From Flectonema sp. DT1601 (Eukaryota), in contig OZ025803.1 in NCBI GenBank assembly GCA_964019425.1, positions 496,001-560,000 of the forward strand: 64,000 bases of DNA. The letters run 5' to 3'. Positions 11,716 through 22,778 of the stretch are shown here, piece by piece; position 1 is the first letter of the stretch, and the number at the start of each line of letters is the position of its first letter. The translations under genes and the position numbers were made by a program. The notes below the pieces were generated by a model. That model was given only the letters and a program-made list of their open reading frames with translations, was not told the origin of the DNA and ran no database searches.

Positions 11716-12419
11716 GATGGAAGTGCCCTACAATTTGGAGGGCGTGTAGGGCGCTTGTAGGGCGCTTTTAATATAAATATCATTTTGGAGGGCGCTTTTT
11801 TTTACCTTTTTTATTACTATAAGACAGCTAAATTGACGGGGACTTACACTGACGCACAAGTATTTTGACGCAGAAGCCAAAAAAAAATTTTGACATGCTT
11901 GGCAGTCTTTCAAAAAAGAGAAAAAAGGGTGTCACGGGGTTCGAACTTGAGACCTCCAGGTCATGGTTCGGCGGTCAATGGCAAAAACAATGGGCCACTC
12001 CTTGAGAGCTTCCGGAGCCTCCTGCAATCCCTGAAGCTGAAACTCATTTCAGTGGACGATGCATCCCAGATCTACAAGGAGCTGATTAGCCCGCAGAATG
12101 CACCGAGTCGAATACAGAGGGATTCGAGGAGGGAGAGTGCGTTCCTGCTAACCTGTTAATAGGCCGGTCTTCACGGGCGCTTTTTTAATTAAATTTAATA
12201 TAATGCCGAGCTCATTTTGACACACCCCTGCCCTCAGCGAGGGTCGAATCGCATCTTATTTGACTTTTCTCCGGTTCGCCTGATCAAATGCGTCTCTGGG
12301 ATATCAGTTTACTTGCCACCAGTAAACTTCTTTTTTTTCTCACACGGTTATTTTGGCCCTACAAATTTTTGTGGCTGATTTTCACCAGGCGCCCTCCAAA
12401 TTTGGAGGGCACTTCCATC
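11716..12419. mobile_element. non-autonomous DNA transposon (MITE-like), ~30-bp TIRs, TA flanks
   Basis: Left end GATGGAAGTGCCCTACAATTTGGAGGGCG; right end reverse complement GATGGAAGTGCCCTCCAAATTTGGAGGGCG; TA at 11714-11715 and 12420-12421; repeated subterminal AGGGCGC motifs; no transposase ORF. Confidence 0.85.
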
Positions 12420-12882
12420 TATGTTATTAAATCATAAAATATCAAGATTAAAAATAAAACTTGATTGATGTATTTTAATAAAATTAAGGGTTAAAATGAA
12501 TAATCAAAATTAAACATAAAAAAAATTAAAATCGGGGAACAGGGCGACTGATACTGAAAGGAGAATTTTCGAACATGTCTGCTAAATCAGGCCGAATCAA
12601 AACGGCTGTAGAGAGAGACGATATTAATTCGGATCGTGGATTCTTAAAAACGAACAAAACTTAAAAACCAGGGAGGGTGAAACTTTGAGAATGTAAAAAC
12701 AGTAACAACTTTAGGTATTAAAAACAAAATTAATATCAAGTACTTGACTGACGAATATTTGTAGTTGTTAATCAAAGAAAATTACGTTTAGAAAAAAAGA
12801 AAACATAAAAGGGAAAACCATGTTTTTTTATCTCACTGACCAGAAAACCAGTGGGGGGACATTTTTTTTTTTTTTTTTTTGA

Positions 12883-14844
12883 TTAACTTTTAATAACGAC
12901 ACCAAACTGCTTGAAAAGATCATTCGGATCAACAGCAGTTTTTTTATTGACCCAATTCCCTAGATGGTCAGGAACCCCATCAAGAATTGAAATTCCAGAA
13001 GGAGATTCCGACATCGGAAGTACGTTTGAAGGACATGCATGATTCAACCAAAACTGTTGCATGAATTTATCAACCCGCCAGTTTCGAAGACAAGACTGGG
13101 GATGATCAACATCGAATATCAAACAATCAGCAACACTGGATCCAAAATGCATTCCCTGATGGCAAAACTCATTCGACAAGTGAGATAAAGCCATCGAATA
13201 TCTATCAGACATTACAACTTCTGGATGGTCTTTACTGAGTTGGTGTAATAGTTTTTCATTGTTTTCAGCTGCAACAAGTTGCTGCATCTTTCCAATTAAT
13301 ATCCTCCAACAGAATATCGGAAACTCATTTCGTCGGTCATCCGCACATTGTGGATGAGCGTTGTTGAAATGGATCTTCGTTTTTGGATTTAATCGTTTTA
13401 TGAATGAAATAGTTTGATTGACTTTCGCGTAGAACTTGTCCCAATCGTGGTTTTCCTGATCCCACAGAAATCCATTTAAAATGATGATATCAGGATTTTC
13501 AGTTTTAAGTGAGTGTTCTAACTCACTCCTCTGCTTTGTACATCCTCCCTTGTGAGAGCATCCCTCATCAGCAAAATGATCAAATGCTGCTGGGCGAACT
13601 CCCCATAGGCTGTTTTTCTTTCTTCCGCCACCCCATATTAGTCTACCAAAAACATGGTCATTGTTCTTAAATGGACTTGGTCTCTTACCAGCCCATTGTC
13701 TTATAGTGTTATAATCCGGGCAGTACATGGATGCTCGGTATTTTCCTAGACATTTAGAATTGTGTTTGCACCTGTTTCCGTTGTGCATGTTAATAGTTTT
13801 ACGATGGCACTGTGCCCAAACCCACTTGAACGACTTGTCACCTAAAGCAGGTGTTCCCAGAATGAGTTCAAAGAGGTTTGTTGCGGTTTGACGAAGTGTA
13901 GAATCACCGAACATTACAATCGATTTATTTGCTAAACAATTCCATGCTGCTTCTCTGTTGTAGATTCGGAGATGGCAGGAGTAAGGAACGTAGACCCATC
14001 CGTCTGATTTTATGAAGTTGAGATCACCAACACAGATGCCGCTACTACAACTTCTCTTACCGTCTTTCTCTGGAACGAATACCCACGAACCAACTAAACC
14101 ATCATTCCAAGTATCTTTGCAGACCTCAGTTGGTAGTGTTGGAGTGCCTGTTACTATAAGTTGAATACACTTCATATCAATATCTGCTTGTTGTCCTCCT
14201 GGACACCAATCACTATGTTTTTTAATAATGTCTTCATTCTTCATGAAGAATGAATCTCTGAAAGCTCCGTATCGATATGTTGACTTCGATGTATTAAATA
14301 ACCTAGGTGCTCCCCTAACTCTTGAAGTATAGAGCAGCTTACGGCATATGTCGTAAGTTCCTGGTAGTCGTGGTGTAAACAATCCCGTGTATTTACCAAA
14401 TCCAAGTGATTTTATTTGAATTCCAACCAGTTCTGAAGAAGAATTCGCGTTAACTTCCCACAAGTCACCATCATTACAATTTCTATTCTTTAACGAGTCT
14501 CTTGATGTTATAGTGATGGTGGTGTGAGTACCGGTAGTGACGTTATAGTTATTTAACATCATGTCAGATTGAAGCAGACTGGTGATTGGTATCGATGTGT
14601 TTAGTGAAATACCAACGGGAGAGTTTGGGATATTATCAAATAAATTATCCAAACCGTTATTAAACGAATTATCAAGACACTCATCAGGTGATTTCAACAA
14701 TTTTGTTTCATTTACGTTGACCTTGACTCTTCTTGTCCTTATTCTTATCAAAATTTCACTCTCTTTAACTGGTTGTAAAATCTGCCACATCCCACTTCCC
14801 ACTGCTGCTACCAGAAGCAGGAGTATTATTTGTTTCTTATTCAT
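12883..14844 (-). CDS. NXPE/PC-esterase-like (SGNH-type acyl esterase/transferase), type II membrane protein
   Basis: N-terminal signal anchor; Ig-like segment GDLWEV...GKYTGLFTPRLPGTYDI; WVYVPYSCHL; CLANKSIVMFGDSTLRQ (GDS motif); C-terminal QGMH. Confidence 0.7.
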   Translation of the reverse strand: MNKKQIILLLLVAAVGSGMWQILQPVKESEILIRIRTRRVKVNVNETKLLKSPDECLDNSFNNGLDNLFDNIPNSPVGISLNTSIPITSLLQSDMMLNNYNVTTGTHTTITITSRDSLKNRNCNDGDLWEVNANSSSELVGIQIKSLGFGKYTGLFTPRLPGTYDICRKLLYTSRVRGAPRLFNTSKSTYRYGAFRDSFFMKNEDIIKKHSDWCPGGQQADIDMKCIQLIVTGTPTLPTEVCKDTWNDGLVGSWVFVPEKDGKRSCSSGICVGDLNFIKSDGWVYVPYSCHLRIYNREAAWNCLANKSIVMFGDSTLRQTATNLFELILGTPALGDKSFKWVWAQCHRKTINMHNGNRCKHNSKCLGKYRASMYCPDYNTIRQWAGKRPSPFKNNDHVFGRLIWGGGRKKNSLWGVRPAAFDHFADEGCSHKGGCTKQRSELEHSLKTENPDIIILNGFLWDQENHDWDKFYAKVNQTISFIKRLNPKTKIHFNNAHPQCADDRRNEFPIFCWRILIGKMQQLVAAENNEKLLHQLSKDHPEVVMSDRYSMALSHLSNEFCHQGMHFGSSVADCLIFDVDHPQSCLRNWRVDKFMQQFWLNHACPSNVLPMSESPSGISILDGVPDHLGNWVNKKTAVDPNDLFKQFGVVIKS

Positions 14845-16051
14845 TTCTTATTTTTACGTCATGCGACTTATGTGTGTAATTGCTGGAAGAAAAAAAAAGA
14901 AAATAGTAATCAATTCAATATGATAAATCAGATAAAGCAGTAACTGTTGGTATCCTGAACACAGCATGGCTATCGATGTTCAAATGTGAAGTAAAGAAAG
15001 TAAATAATTACGTCAGCTATTCATTATTAATAATAATGTGTGTCAAATACTAAGAACTGCTTCTACAGTTTGAATTAATCATAAAAAAAAAAAAAGATTT
15101 CTTTCTTTTGTCTTCTTAATTTCGTAACATTAAGTTTGTTTCTTTTTTTTTTGGGGGGATTTAATTGATGTTTGGCATCGCTTTTTTGTTTTTTTTCTTT
15201 TCAATTCTTTTTTCCCCCCCCCCCTTTTTCTTTGCCGGGCTCTAGAGAGGTAGAAAGACTTAACCATAAATTACTAACATAATTATTCCCGCAAAAATAA
15301 AGGGCGTGTCACATGCACGCAACAAGTTCAGCAGTCAACACTGTTAGCTACCTTGTAGTTTTCAGTAACGTGCGAAAAACAAATAAAAATATATATAAAA
15401 AAAAAAAAAAAATGAGGGAATCGTTGTGAAGGGACAAGTGCATTTCATCAGCTTGTTTTTAGTATCGGAAATGTTGAGCTTTTTCGTATCAAGGAATGCA
15501 AAGCAAAATAGGAAAGGTGTAAATGAAAAACTCCAATAAAATAGGAAGACGGGAAATTCTACAAAGAAAAAACAGCAGCAAGAGAACTTGTGCACAATTT
15601 CTTTAAGGAAAAGGAGACTAGGCGATGGACTAATTTTTTTCGAACATTCGACTTCAAAAACTTCTCACCACCTTTTACTACCACAAAGATACAAAGGGAA
15701 GGAAGCTATAGCCAAAGTTATTATCCAACAATAAAATCGTTTTGAACGCACAAAGTAAATCTCGATATACAGCCTCCGTAGCAAGTTACCAATTAGGATT
15801 ATTTTTTTCGACAGTGGGATAATCGAATTAAAATGAAATTATGATGATACTAAAAAATCACATCTGAGTTGCATCAGATGACTGACATTTGACAAGTAGC
15901 CGAAGGCCAACCTTGAGAAAGTCTCTGTTTGAAACAGGAAAGATAAAGACACCACTAAAATTCAACGGCTAACAAGTCCTTGAAGATAAGAATCTGAATA
16001 GGAAACCAACATCATCCTTTAGAATGTTACAAACTAAATGATAAAAGAGTT

Positions 16052-16363
16052 CTAATTGTTATGTGACTCCCAGTCTAGTGCAGGGTTACTACCAAAACGA
16101 GAAGTAACACATAAATTCAAACTTATCCTTCTACTTGAAGGTAGTCGCTCAGGTTCCACATCATCTTCATCAGTGACTTCTGCTTCACTGTCAGCAGCTA
16201 AAGAAGAAACCTCACCTGAAGTCTGTTTCGTTATTTTCATCGGCAGTTTTAATAAACCGATTCGAGGACAGCTTGCTATTCGGTTAATCGATTGTACTAA
16301 CATTGTCCCTCCAGCAGCAAACATATTCAGCGACCCCGCGTCATTCAACATCACATCCGCCAT
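16052..16363 (-). CDS. possible small ORF or terminal exon
   Basis: 103-aa ORF starting at cag|ATG, with possible donors upstream near 16421-16427; gene structure unresolved. Confidence 0.3.
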   Translation of the reverse strand: MADVMLNDAGSLNMFAAGGTMLVQSINRIASCPRIGLLKLPMKITKQTSGEVSSLAADSEAEVTDEDDVEPERLPSSRRISLNLCVTSRFGSNPALDWESHNN

Positions 16364-16498
16364 CTGTGAGAACTAATTTATTAAACAACTTGTTTACAGA
16401 ACAACAATACATAGATACTCACCATACCATATGTATCAACAGAAGAAGAACAAGGTGAGCTAAACATAACTGAGAGAGGAACAATAACAAAGAGGAGG

Positions 16499-18160
16499 TT
16501 AGTCTTTTGATAACACTCCATATCTATGACCTATGAAGGCCGTCAATATACAATACGTGTCCTTTATGATACCGCGGCGGATGATTTGTGATCGAACTAA
16601 AAATCGCCTGCTGAGCTCTTCAGCAGCTGATACTTCAAAAACTATCAGTTGAAGGCGAGCTTGTAGCTCACTCTGTGTAATCATTAAGTGGTTTTGAAAG
16701 AACAGAAATGGTCTCATCAAATTTTCATTCTGCGCTGAGTTATTCTCACGCATTCGTTTCTTAGCACTCGGAGTTCTTATCTTTCGACAGGAAGCAAGCT
16801 GAGCAGCTGGCCACACTCTCGCAGAATAAAACTCAGCAGACTTTAATACTTTCACACTACTGTTGTAGTTATTCGGAGGACGAGAACTCTTTCGTAATTT
16901 GAGGAGCTTTTTTGATGACGCCGCTAACTGAGCAGCTGATATACACATCCCTGGATCAAATGGTTTATTGTTTGTCGGGATCTTATTAAGAGAGACAATC
17001 TGATTTGATACGAAAGTAGAAAATAATTTACTACGTGACCTCGGCTTTCTTGTAAGCTGCTGAGGCTCCACAACAGCAGCTGAGTTTCTCGTGTTTGGAG
17101 TAGTGACAAGTGGTAAGGGTTGAAAGTACCTGACGCTTTTACGTTTCGTTCCAAGTTGCTCGTACGGTGATTTCTTTAGGGCACCAGGCCCCTTAAAGAC
17201 AAGGCATGCAGAGTGTAAGTTCTCAAGAGTTTTCTGTGGAATCTTCTGTCGTTGCTTGACTGTTTCAAGCGATGTCAGTAAGTCTCTGACGGTGATGTTG
17301 GAAGGGGTGAATTCGAATGTAGGTCGTTTTTGTCTCAAGGTTGATAATTTGACTGTCAACATCTCCAGTCGAAGTCTCAAATCAGAAGCAGTCTCTAAAG
17401 GTTTACTACCAACTTCTGGAAGGTAACCTCTATAACTTCGGGGTATGGTTGGTGATGTAACCCAGTTACCTGATTGATTTAGTTGCTTTTCATTTTCTTT
17501 ACTTTCCATCCATCTTTTTGTTTCTGCTATTAACTCCATCAGAGTTGTTTCATCCTTACCTTGGGTAGAATTCCAGATTTGCATATCTTCTCGGAACCGA
17601 AGTAGTCTCTGACGATACAACAAATCTGTTGCCTCAGCTTTGTCATCAGGAGCTACAGAATAACCTCCATACCTTGATAGAAGAAGGCTTGATGATTGAC
17701 CGCATCCAGTGTGTTGATATTGCTGAATTCGTTGTCTCATTTTAATTTTTGCTTTTGCTTCTTCTTCGTTCCACCATACTCTTACAGCTTCTCGAAGTTG
17801 CCTTCCTAATGTGGTGGCATTCATGAAAGCTTTTTTAACACTTCTCGCTGATATAATGTAACGCTTCACTGCTTTCGCTCGATAGGCTTTTGAATGAGTG
17901 ATGTGAGTTAGGAATTGGATAATTGCGTCAGAGACTTTGTCAGGATCATCTTTATTTGACATTAGATATCGAAGGTTATGTGAAGGTACAAAGTTTCTGT
18001 TGAATTGTTCAACAGATTTTTTAGTACCAGAATGCAGTGTTGTTCTGTCAGAAACAATTGTTTCACACATTTGACTGAACGATCTTCGCATTCCTTCCTC
18101 TAAGTCTTCAGTATCATTTCCTTTCTCAAATTCACGATAAATAGATTCTGTTCGAAGCAT
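16499..18160 (-). CDS. hypothetical basic protein
   Basis: ORF of about 550 aa; first ATG at 18160; U-tract+AG at 18248; no recognised domain. Confidence 0.7.
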   Translation of the reverse strand: MLRTESIYREFEKGNDTEDLEEGMRRSFSQMCETIVSDRTTLHSGTKKSVEQFNRNFVPSHNLRYLMSNKDDPDKVSDAIIQFLTHITHSKAYRAKAVKRYIISARSVKKAFMNATTLGRQLREAVRVWWNEEEAKAKIKMRQRIQQYQHTGCGQSSSLLLSRYGGYSVAPDDKAEATDLLYRQRLLRFREDMQIWNSTQGKDETTLMELIAETKRWMESKENEKQLNQSGNWVTSPTIPRSYRGYLPEVGSKPLETASDLRLRLEMLTVKLSTLRQKRPTFEFTPSNITVRDLLTSLETVKQRQKIPQKTLENLHSACLVFKGPGALKKSPYEQLGTKRKSVRYFQPLPLVTTPNTRNSAAVVEPQQLTRKPRSRSKLFSTFVSNQIVSLNKIPTNNKPFDPGMCISAAQLAASSKKLLKLRKSSRPPNNYNSSVKVLKSAEFYSARVWPAAQLASCRKIRTPSAKKRMRENNSAQNENLMRPFLFFQNHLMITQSELQARLQLIVFEVSAAEELSRRFLVRSQIIRRGIIKDTYCILTAFIGHRYGVLSKD

Positions 18161-18483
18161 TCTGACGGACTTTGAGTAGTTCCCGCCGTATGCGGGGTAT
18201 GAGTTCAATACATTTGTCTTTCTCGAGTTCTTTCCCTGACTCTGGACCTGAGAAGGAAAAAAAAATAAAAAAATAATTACTACAGATTATACTACTCACA
18301 TTAAATACTAATCGACGAGTGAGGATTCGAAGCTGGACCAGAGTAAGCACACGGACGGGTAGTCATACACACACACTTCAAATCAAACAACTGATATTCT
18401 TACCAGTAAAACTAAAAAGAATTGTTTTATCTCGGAAACGAGATAATCACTAACAAGGCACTCAAAGTCTCATAAATATAACA

Positions 18484-20436
18484 TCATAGAAGACAAGGGT
18501 ATACTCCTATTTGTTCCTTTGCTTTTTCTTCTGTGTGAGACATCGAACGCTGACCTCCAGCTTGTGATGTTTCAAAGAACGATTTAATATTTGCAGTATT
18601 TCTTGCTGCGAAGTATTGTGAGTTTGGTCCTTTTGAGAGAATGATTCGATTGACTTCCTGACCTTCATCTTTGAGGTCATCGATAGTGAAGTGTGCGAAT
18701 GCACACTCGGAAGTAAATGCAGTGCTGGAGTTGTTGCTGATAAAGCTTTCATCAATTTGATTCCAAATTGCATATGAACCAGATTCAGCAGGTGCAACAC
18801 TTTGCGGTACTGTTCCTTGTTGGATTAAGCCAGCCATTGAATGAGCCAAAACTGAACGAAATTGTTTATCAATCGAACTGTTTATGATTCCGAATAATTG
18901 TTTTATAGGAACAATCATAACACAACACATTAATTCTTTGTGTTGAAGATAAAGACCAAACCATTTTCCACCATCATCATTATTTTGTTTGAAGTAGTTG
19001 GGGAGGAGGGTTGATGGTGTGTCTTCTGTGTCGCAGCCTTTAAACTCTTCAGCTTGTTTTTTAGTTAAGTAAATAGGAATTAAGTCACTCGTGTCATTAG
19101 AACTTGACTTCTCATGTCTGAGTGACAATCCATATCGTAGAGGGTCAAATCTGATATTTGAAAACCCTTGAGGTAGGTAAGGGAGATTATCATCACTATT
19201 GTTCGACCATCCTTTATCATTCACTTTTGAAGCTTTCTCAAGAATACTAATTCCAATCAATTTCAATAGCTCTTCAGTCATCTCATGCGCTGCTACCTTT
19301 CCTTCATTAAATACGGCTGCTGACAACACACCCTTCCTGGTCATCATCTTATCAACCAAATGACTTGCTTTCATGTAGGCACCAAGAGTACTCTGACCAC
19401 ACTTTGAACCAAGTCTGTATGCCAATATAGAAGTTTGACTTTTTGTGTATGGAACAATTGGCATCGCAGTAGAACTTATATTCATCGTTTGTACTAAGTC
19501 AGTTCCAGTTCTTTCGACTTCCTTCTTGAGGAGAGCCTCTGGAAGTCTCGCTGCTAAAACCTTAAACGGTCCTTGTAGAAATCTCATATTGTTCTGAAAA
19601 TCTTCTCCAAGAATACGAATCTGTCTTTCAGATAAATGATCCGGCAACGACAATATTAGATATGTGTTCTCTTCTTCGATATTAGTCAGATTAATAAGGA
19701 TGAAATTAGCAGTACCAATCTGTAAAACTGGTGGACCAGTAATATCATCAGGCAATGATAAAGGAGGAGTGATGTGACTGATAACTCCAACCATTGTAAT
19801 TATACCTGACACTAACTGTTCTTGTAACCTTTTATCAAATGTTGGAGGTGAGAAGAAATGGAGGCCTTCTTCAATGAAGTTCCTCGTATCAACGTCTATT
19901 TCTGAAGGATTTGGTGGGGGTTCTCTAAAAATGCAGGCAATCTTCTCTAGTTGATCAGTTGTTTTGGGAGTTCTGTTATTGCTTCTCGATGATGATGGTT
20001 TTGGACTGTCTTGGTATTTACCAATCTTCATTAATCTTTGAAATGAAGATGTAAGAGAGAATGCACTGAAATCGTCTTTAAAACTGTCGAAGTCGATTGA
20101 TGCGGCTCCGCTGGGATTTTGAATAACTCCAGCGAGAATCATCTGTCTGCCGTATTGAATAGAATTGTCTCTTTCTTCATCATATTCCTGTATAATCCAG
20201 TCTACTAATGTTTTACCAAAAAACGTGTCATGTCTGCTGCTACTTCCCACTGACAGTACACTACTCGCTCTCTCAGACTGTTTCTTGTCTTGTTGAACTT
20301 CATTCAACTCGTCTTGTTTCAGTTTAGCTGCTGCTCTTCCACTAGCAGCCCAATGATTGACCATTAGTATCATTTGTAAACTCCATTTTGGTTGCGGTTG
20401 GTGGTGGTGACCTCCTGCATGACCTGCTGGATTCAT
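18484..20436 (-). CDS. DEP domain + HPS4/INTU/CCZ1-like tri-longin protein
   Basis: DEP-like TFFGKTLVDWI...SIQYGRQMILAGVIQ...FKDD; longin-like FFSPPTFDKRLQEQLVSGIITMV...LILSLP...NMRFLQGPF and GVLSAAVFNEGKV; C-terminus YFAARN...SFFE...KAKEQIGVYPCLL resembles the HPS4 tail as I recall it. Confidence 0.6.
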   Translation of the reverse strand: MNPAGHAGGHHHQPQPKWSLQMILMVNHWAASGRAAAKLKQDELNEVQQDKKQSERASSVLSVGSSSRHDTFFGKTLVDWIIQEYDEERDNSIQYGRQMILAGVIQNPSGAASIDFDSFKDDFSAFSLTSSFQRLMKIGKYQDSPKPSSSRSNNRTPKTTDQLEKIACIFREPPPNPSEIDVDTRNFIEEGLHFFSPPTFDKRLQEQLVSGIITMVGVISHITPPLSLPDDITGPPVLQIGTANFILINLTNIEEENTYLILSLPDHLSERQIRILGEDFQNNMRFLQGPFKVLAARLPEALLKKEVERTGTDLVQTMNISSTAMPIVPYTKSQTSILAYRLGSKCGQSTLGAYMKASHLVDKMMTRKGVLSAAVFNEGKVAAHEMTEELLKLIGISILEKASKVNDKGWSNNSDDNLPYLPQGFSNIRFDPLRYGLSLRHEKSSSNDTSDLIPIYLTKKQAEEFKGCDTEDTPSTLLPNYFKQNNDDGGKWFGLYLQHKELMCCVMIVPIKQLFGIINSSIDKQFRSVLAHSMAGLIQQGTVPQSVAPAESGSYAIWNQIDESFISNNSSTAFTSECAFAHFTIDDLKDEGQEVNRIILSKGPNSQYFAARNTANIKSFFETSQAGGQRSMSHTEEKAKEQIGVYPCLL

Positions 20437-21191
20437 ATTTCCCCCTGACTTCACCTAATATGAATTAATAATCATAACCTAGATTGATCTGATATCACTT
20501 CTGAAGTAATGCTGTTATTACAAAAAACAGAAAAGTAATATAGCCAGAAAGAGAGCAATAAAAGATCAAGTGACCATCATGTCACTTGATATTATTATCA
20601 AAAGAGAGGGCGCAATGACTACTCTGAGACTCAACTGTAAGTCAGAGTACAGTGGTTTTCAATTAAGTGACGAATAGCAAGTTATGCGGATGACTTAGAG
20701 AGGGAGATTCAGGTATACAATCTCATAATAGACATATTTAACTTCAAACACGTGTTGTTGTTCGACAGCGTTTCTGCAACAAGAATCATGGTGATCACCA
20801 TCTCAAATGGGTGGATGAGTAGCGTAGCACACGGCAGTTGCTTTCACTGTTCAAACGAAACAAAGAAATATCTGAAGTAAAATTATCCTCTGAGTAAACC
20901 TGATGCAAGAAAAAAGGAAAGAAAACAGAAAACTATTTACTGGCCCGACCGAGCAACTTCTCACTTCGGCTTAAGGCGAAGAGAAGTCTGAAGTATCTGT
21001 GTCGAAATCGATTCCCGACTAGATGCACAGCTAATAGAAATATTTAAGTCACCAACTGTGAAGTGAGCAAAAGAGAGCAGGATAACATTGACTTTGGTAA
21101 TTGAAGCCAAAGGGACGAAAAGGAAAGCTTTAAAATAATAAGTTTTAAGAAGTTCAAATCAAGTGAAGTGTCAGAATCGTTGCTGTTGTTT

Positions 21192-22778
21192 TTATTTTGA
21201 AGGAATCGATTGCGTGATTCCGCTCTTACTGTTTCGCGATGGGAGGATACCACAGGGAGTGAACAATTGCCTGTCGGTTGCTGGGTTCATACCCATTCTA
21301 ATTATCATCTCGTCGGTAACAGGTGAGATGTTCTTCATCTCAGCTTCAGTTTCTGTGCACTCAATCCAGGCGAGTTCGAGCCACATCGCTGCGGTGTTCC
21401 CCCCGTTTGTATCAATCTCTTTTGTCATTCTTTCGAATGCCTGTTGAATGATAGGGTTCGATGAGACCTGGTTTATCATTGGCACTGTCGGAGGCAGGGC
21501 AACAGCTGAGGATCCTTCTAGTAAGCACGAAGAAGAACAGCCGTCATTGTCATTTACATTCCCATCATCACATTGCTCATTCTCATCAACTGTTCCGTCT
21601 CCGCAACATGTCAGTTTCGCTTCATCCGCAGCAGTAAACCAGTTCCATGATCCTGCAGCTGGGGCACCGATTAAGTGAACTAAGTTATCGTTACCGTAGA
21701 CGACTGAATGACCCCCAGGAAGATTCATCATATTATGCATGTCTCGAATAGTTACGGGTGTTCTTAGGTATTCACTCTCAGTTCCACGGCCGTCCACTGT
21801 AAAGGGCATGGTACTGTCCAGATCATGCTCACTTGTCGCAGGTGATGCAACGTAATGCAGTCTGGGATCTAAGTCGTCCTTCGACACCTCATCGTACCCG
21901 TTGTAGTCTTGCCAGATTCCCCACATTCTATCAACGTTAGCGTGGTGTAACCAGAACAGGGGATCTGCAGGTGAGAAGGCTGAGCTCATGTCACCCCCGA
22001 CCCAGTTATGTGGGGCAGCATGAGGATTTCCCTCAAATGTTGGTCTCCACGTTTCATAACTTGGGTTTGACGTAATCAGCTCCCTCATGCTCAGGGATCC
22101 TGTGAACCCACGAGATCCAAACCCACCAAAGTTTCTATTTAAACATCCGACGTTTTCAATGTTGTGGTCACTCCAACCGGCTCCTATCCCGTCAGAAACA
22201 CAAGTCTCACTGGGAGAGTGATACGCACCGAATGTCTCTGCGCGAAGAACAGAACTCATTTCTCGACTCTGTGCGTCACGTTCCCAATCCCAATAAGGAA
22301 GAGTCAAGCACTCAAATCCCCGCAGGCTGCGGATTGCGTTCTCATAAGCCAGGATGTACCAACGGTGCCAAGGAAGAAACGAACTAGTTCCGTGTGCAAA
22401 CCCAAAGTTGAAATCGTGTAGGACTACTAACTTACGGTACTCGTCGGGCTGCTCGGCGTTCAGAGTTTTCACCGCCTGGACGTATTCCTGTCGCTCACTG
22501 CAAGTCAAAAGGGACCAGGCTTTGCGGACTCTCGTCGCAGAACACGTAGCTCCTCCACCACATTCGCAACAGGCCTCGTTAGCAACGTATGTGTTGCGGC
22601 GTTTATTTCCCTTTTTAGCGCACCGATTCCTCTTACCATACCACGAGCAGCTCTTTCCCTTCGAATCAGTCCACTTTATGTTTGAGTCTCCATTCGGTAG
22701 TGTCAGTGAGTGACACACTTGTCCCTCTGTGAGACCAGTGAGCGCTAGCAAGCCTACAGCAGACAGGGTTTTTAACAT
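21192..22778 (-). CDS. secreted tyrosinase (type-3 copper) with Cys-rich modules
   Basis: Signal peptide; CuA LH...AHGTSSFLPWHRWY; CuB HAAPHNWVGGDM...DPLFWLHHANVDRMW; CGDG..ENEQCDDGN....DGCSSSC repeat. Confidence 0.92.
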   Translation of the reverse strand: MLKTLSAVGLLALTGLTEGQVCHSLTLPNGDSNIKWTDSKGKSCSWYGKRNRCAKKGNKRRNTYVANEACCECGGGATCSATRVRKAWSLLTCSERQEYVQAVKTLNAEQPDEYRKLVVLHDFNFGFAHGTSSFLPWHRWYILAYENAIRSLRGFECLTLPYWDWERDAQSREMSSVLRAETFGAYHSPSETCVSDGIGAGWSDHNIENVGCLNRNFGGFGSRGFTGSLSMRELITSNPSYETWRPTFEGNPHAAPHNWVGGDMSSAFSPADPLFWLHHANVDRMWGIWQDYNGYDEVSKDDLDPRLHYVASPATSEHDLDSTMPFTVDGRGTESEYLRTPVTIRDMHNMMNLPGGHSVVYGNDNLVHLIGAPAAGSWNWFTAADEAKLTCCGDGTVDENEQCDDGNVNDNDGCSSSCLLEGSSAVALPPTVPMINQVSSNPIIQQAFERMTKEIDTNGGNTAAMWLELAWIECTETEAEMKNISPVTDEMIIRMGMNPATDRQLFTPCGILPSRNSKSGITQSIPSK

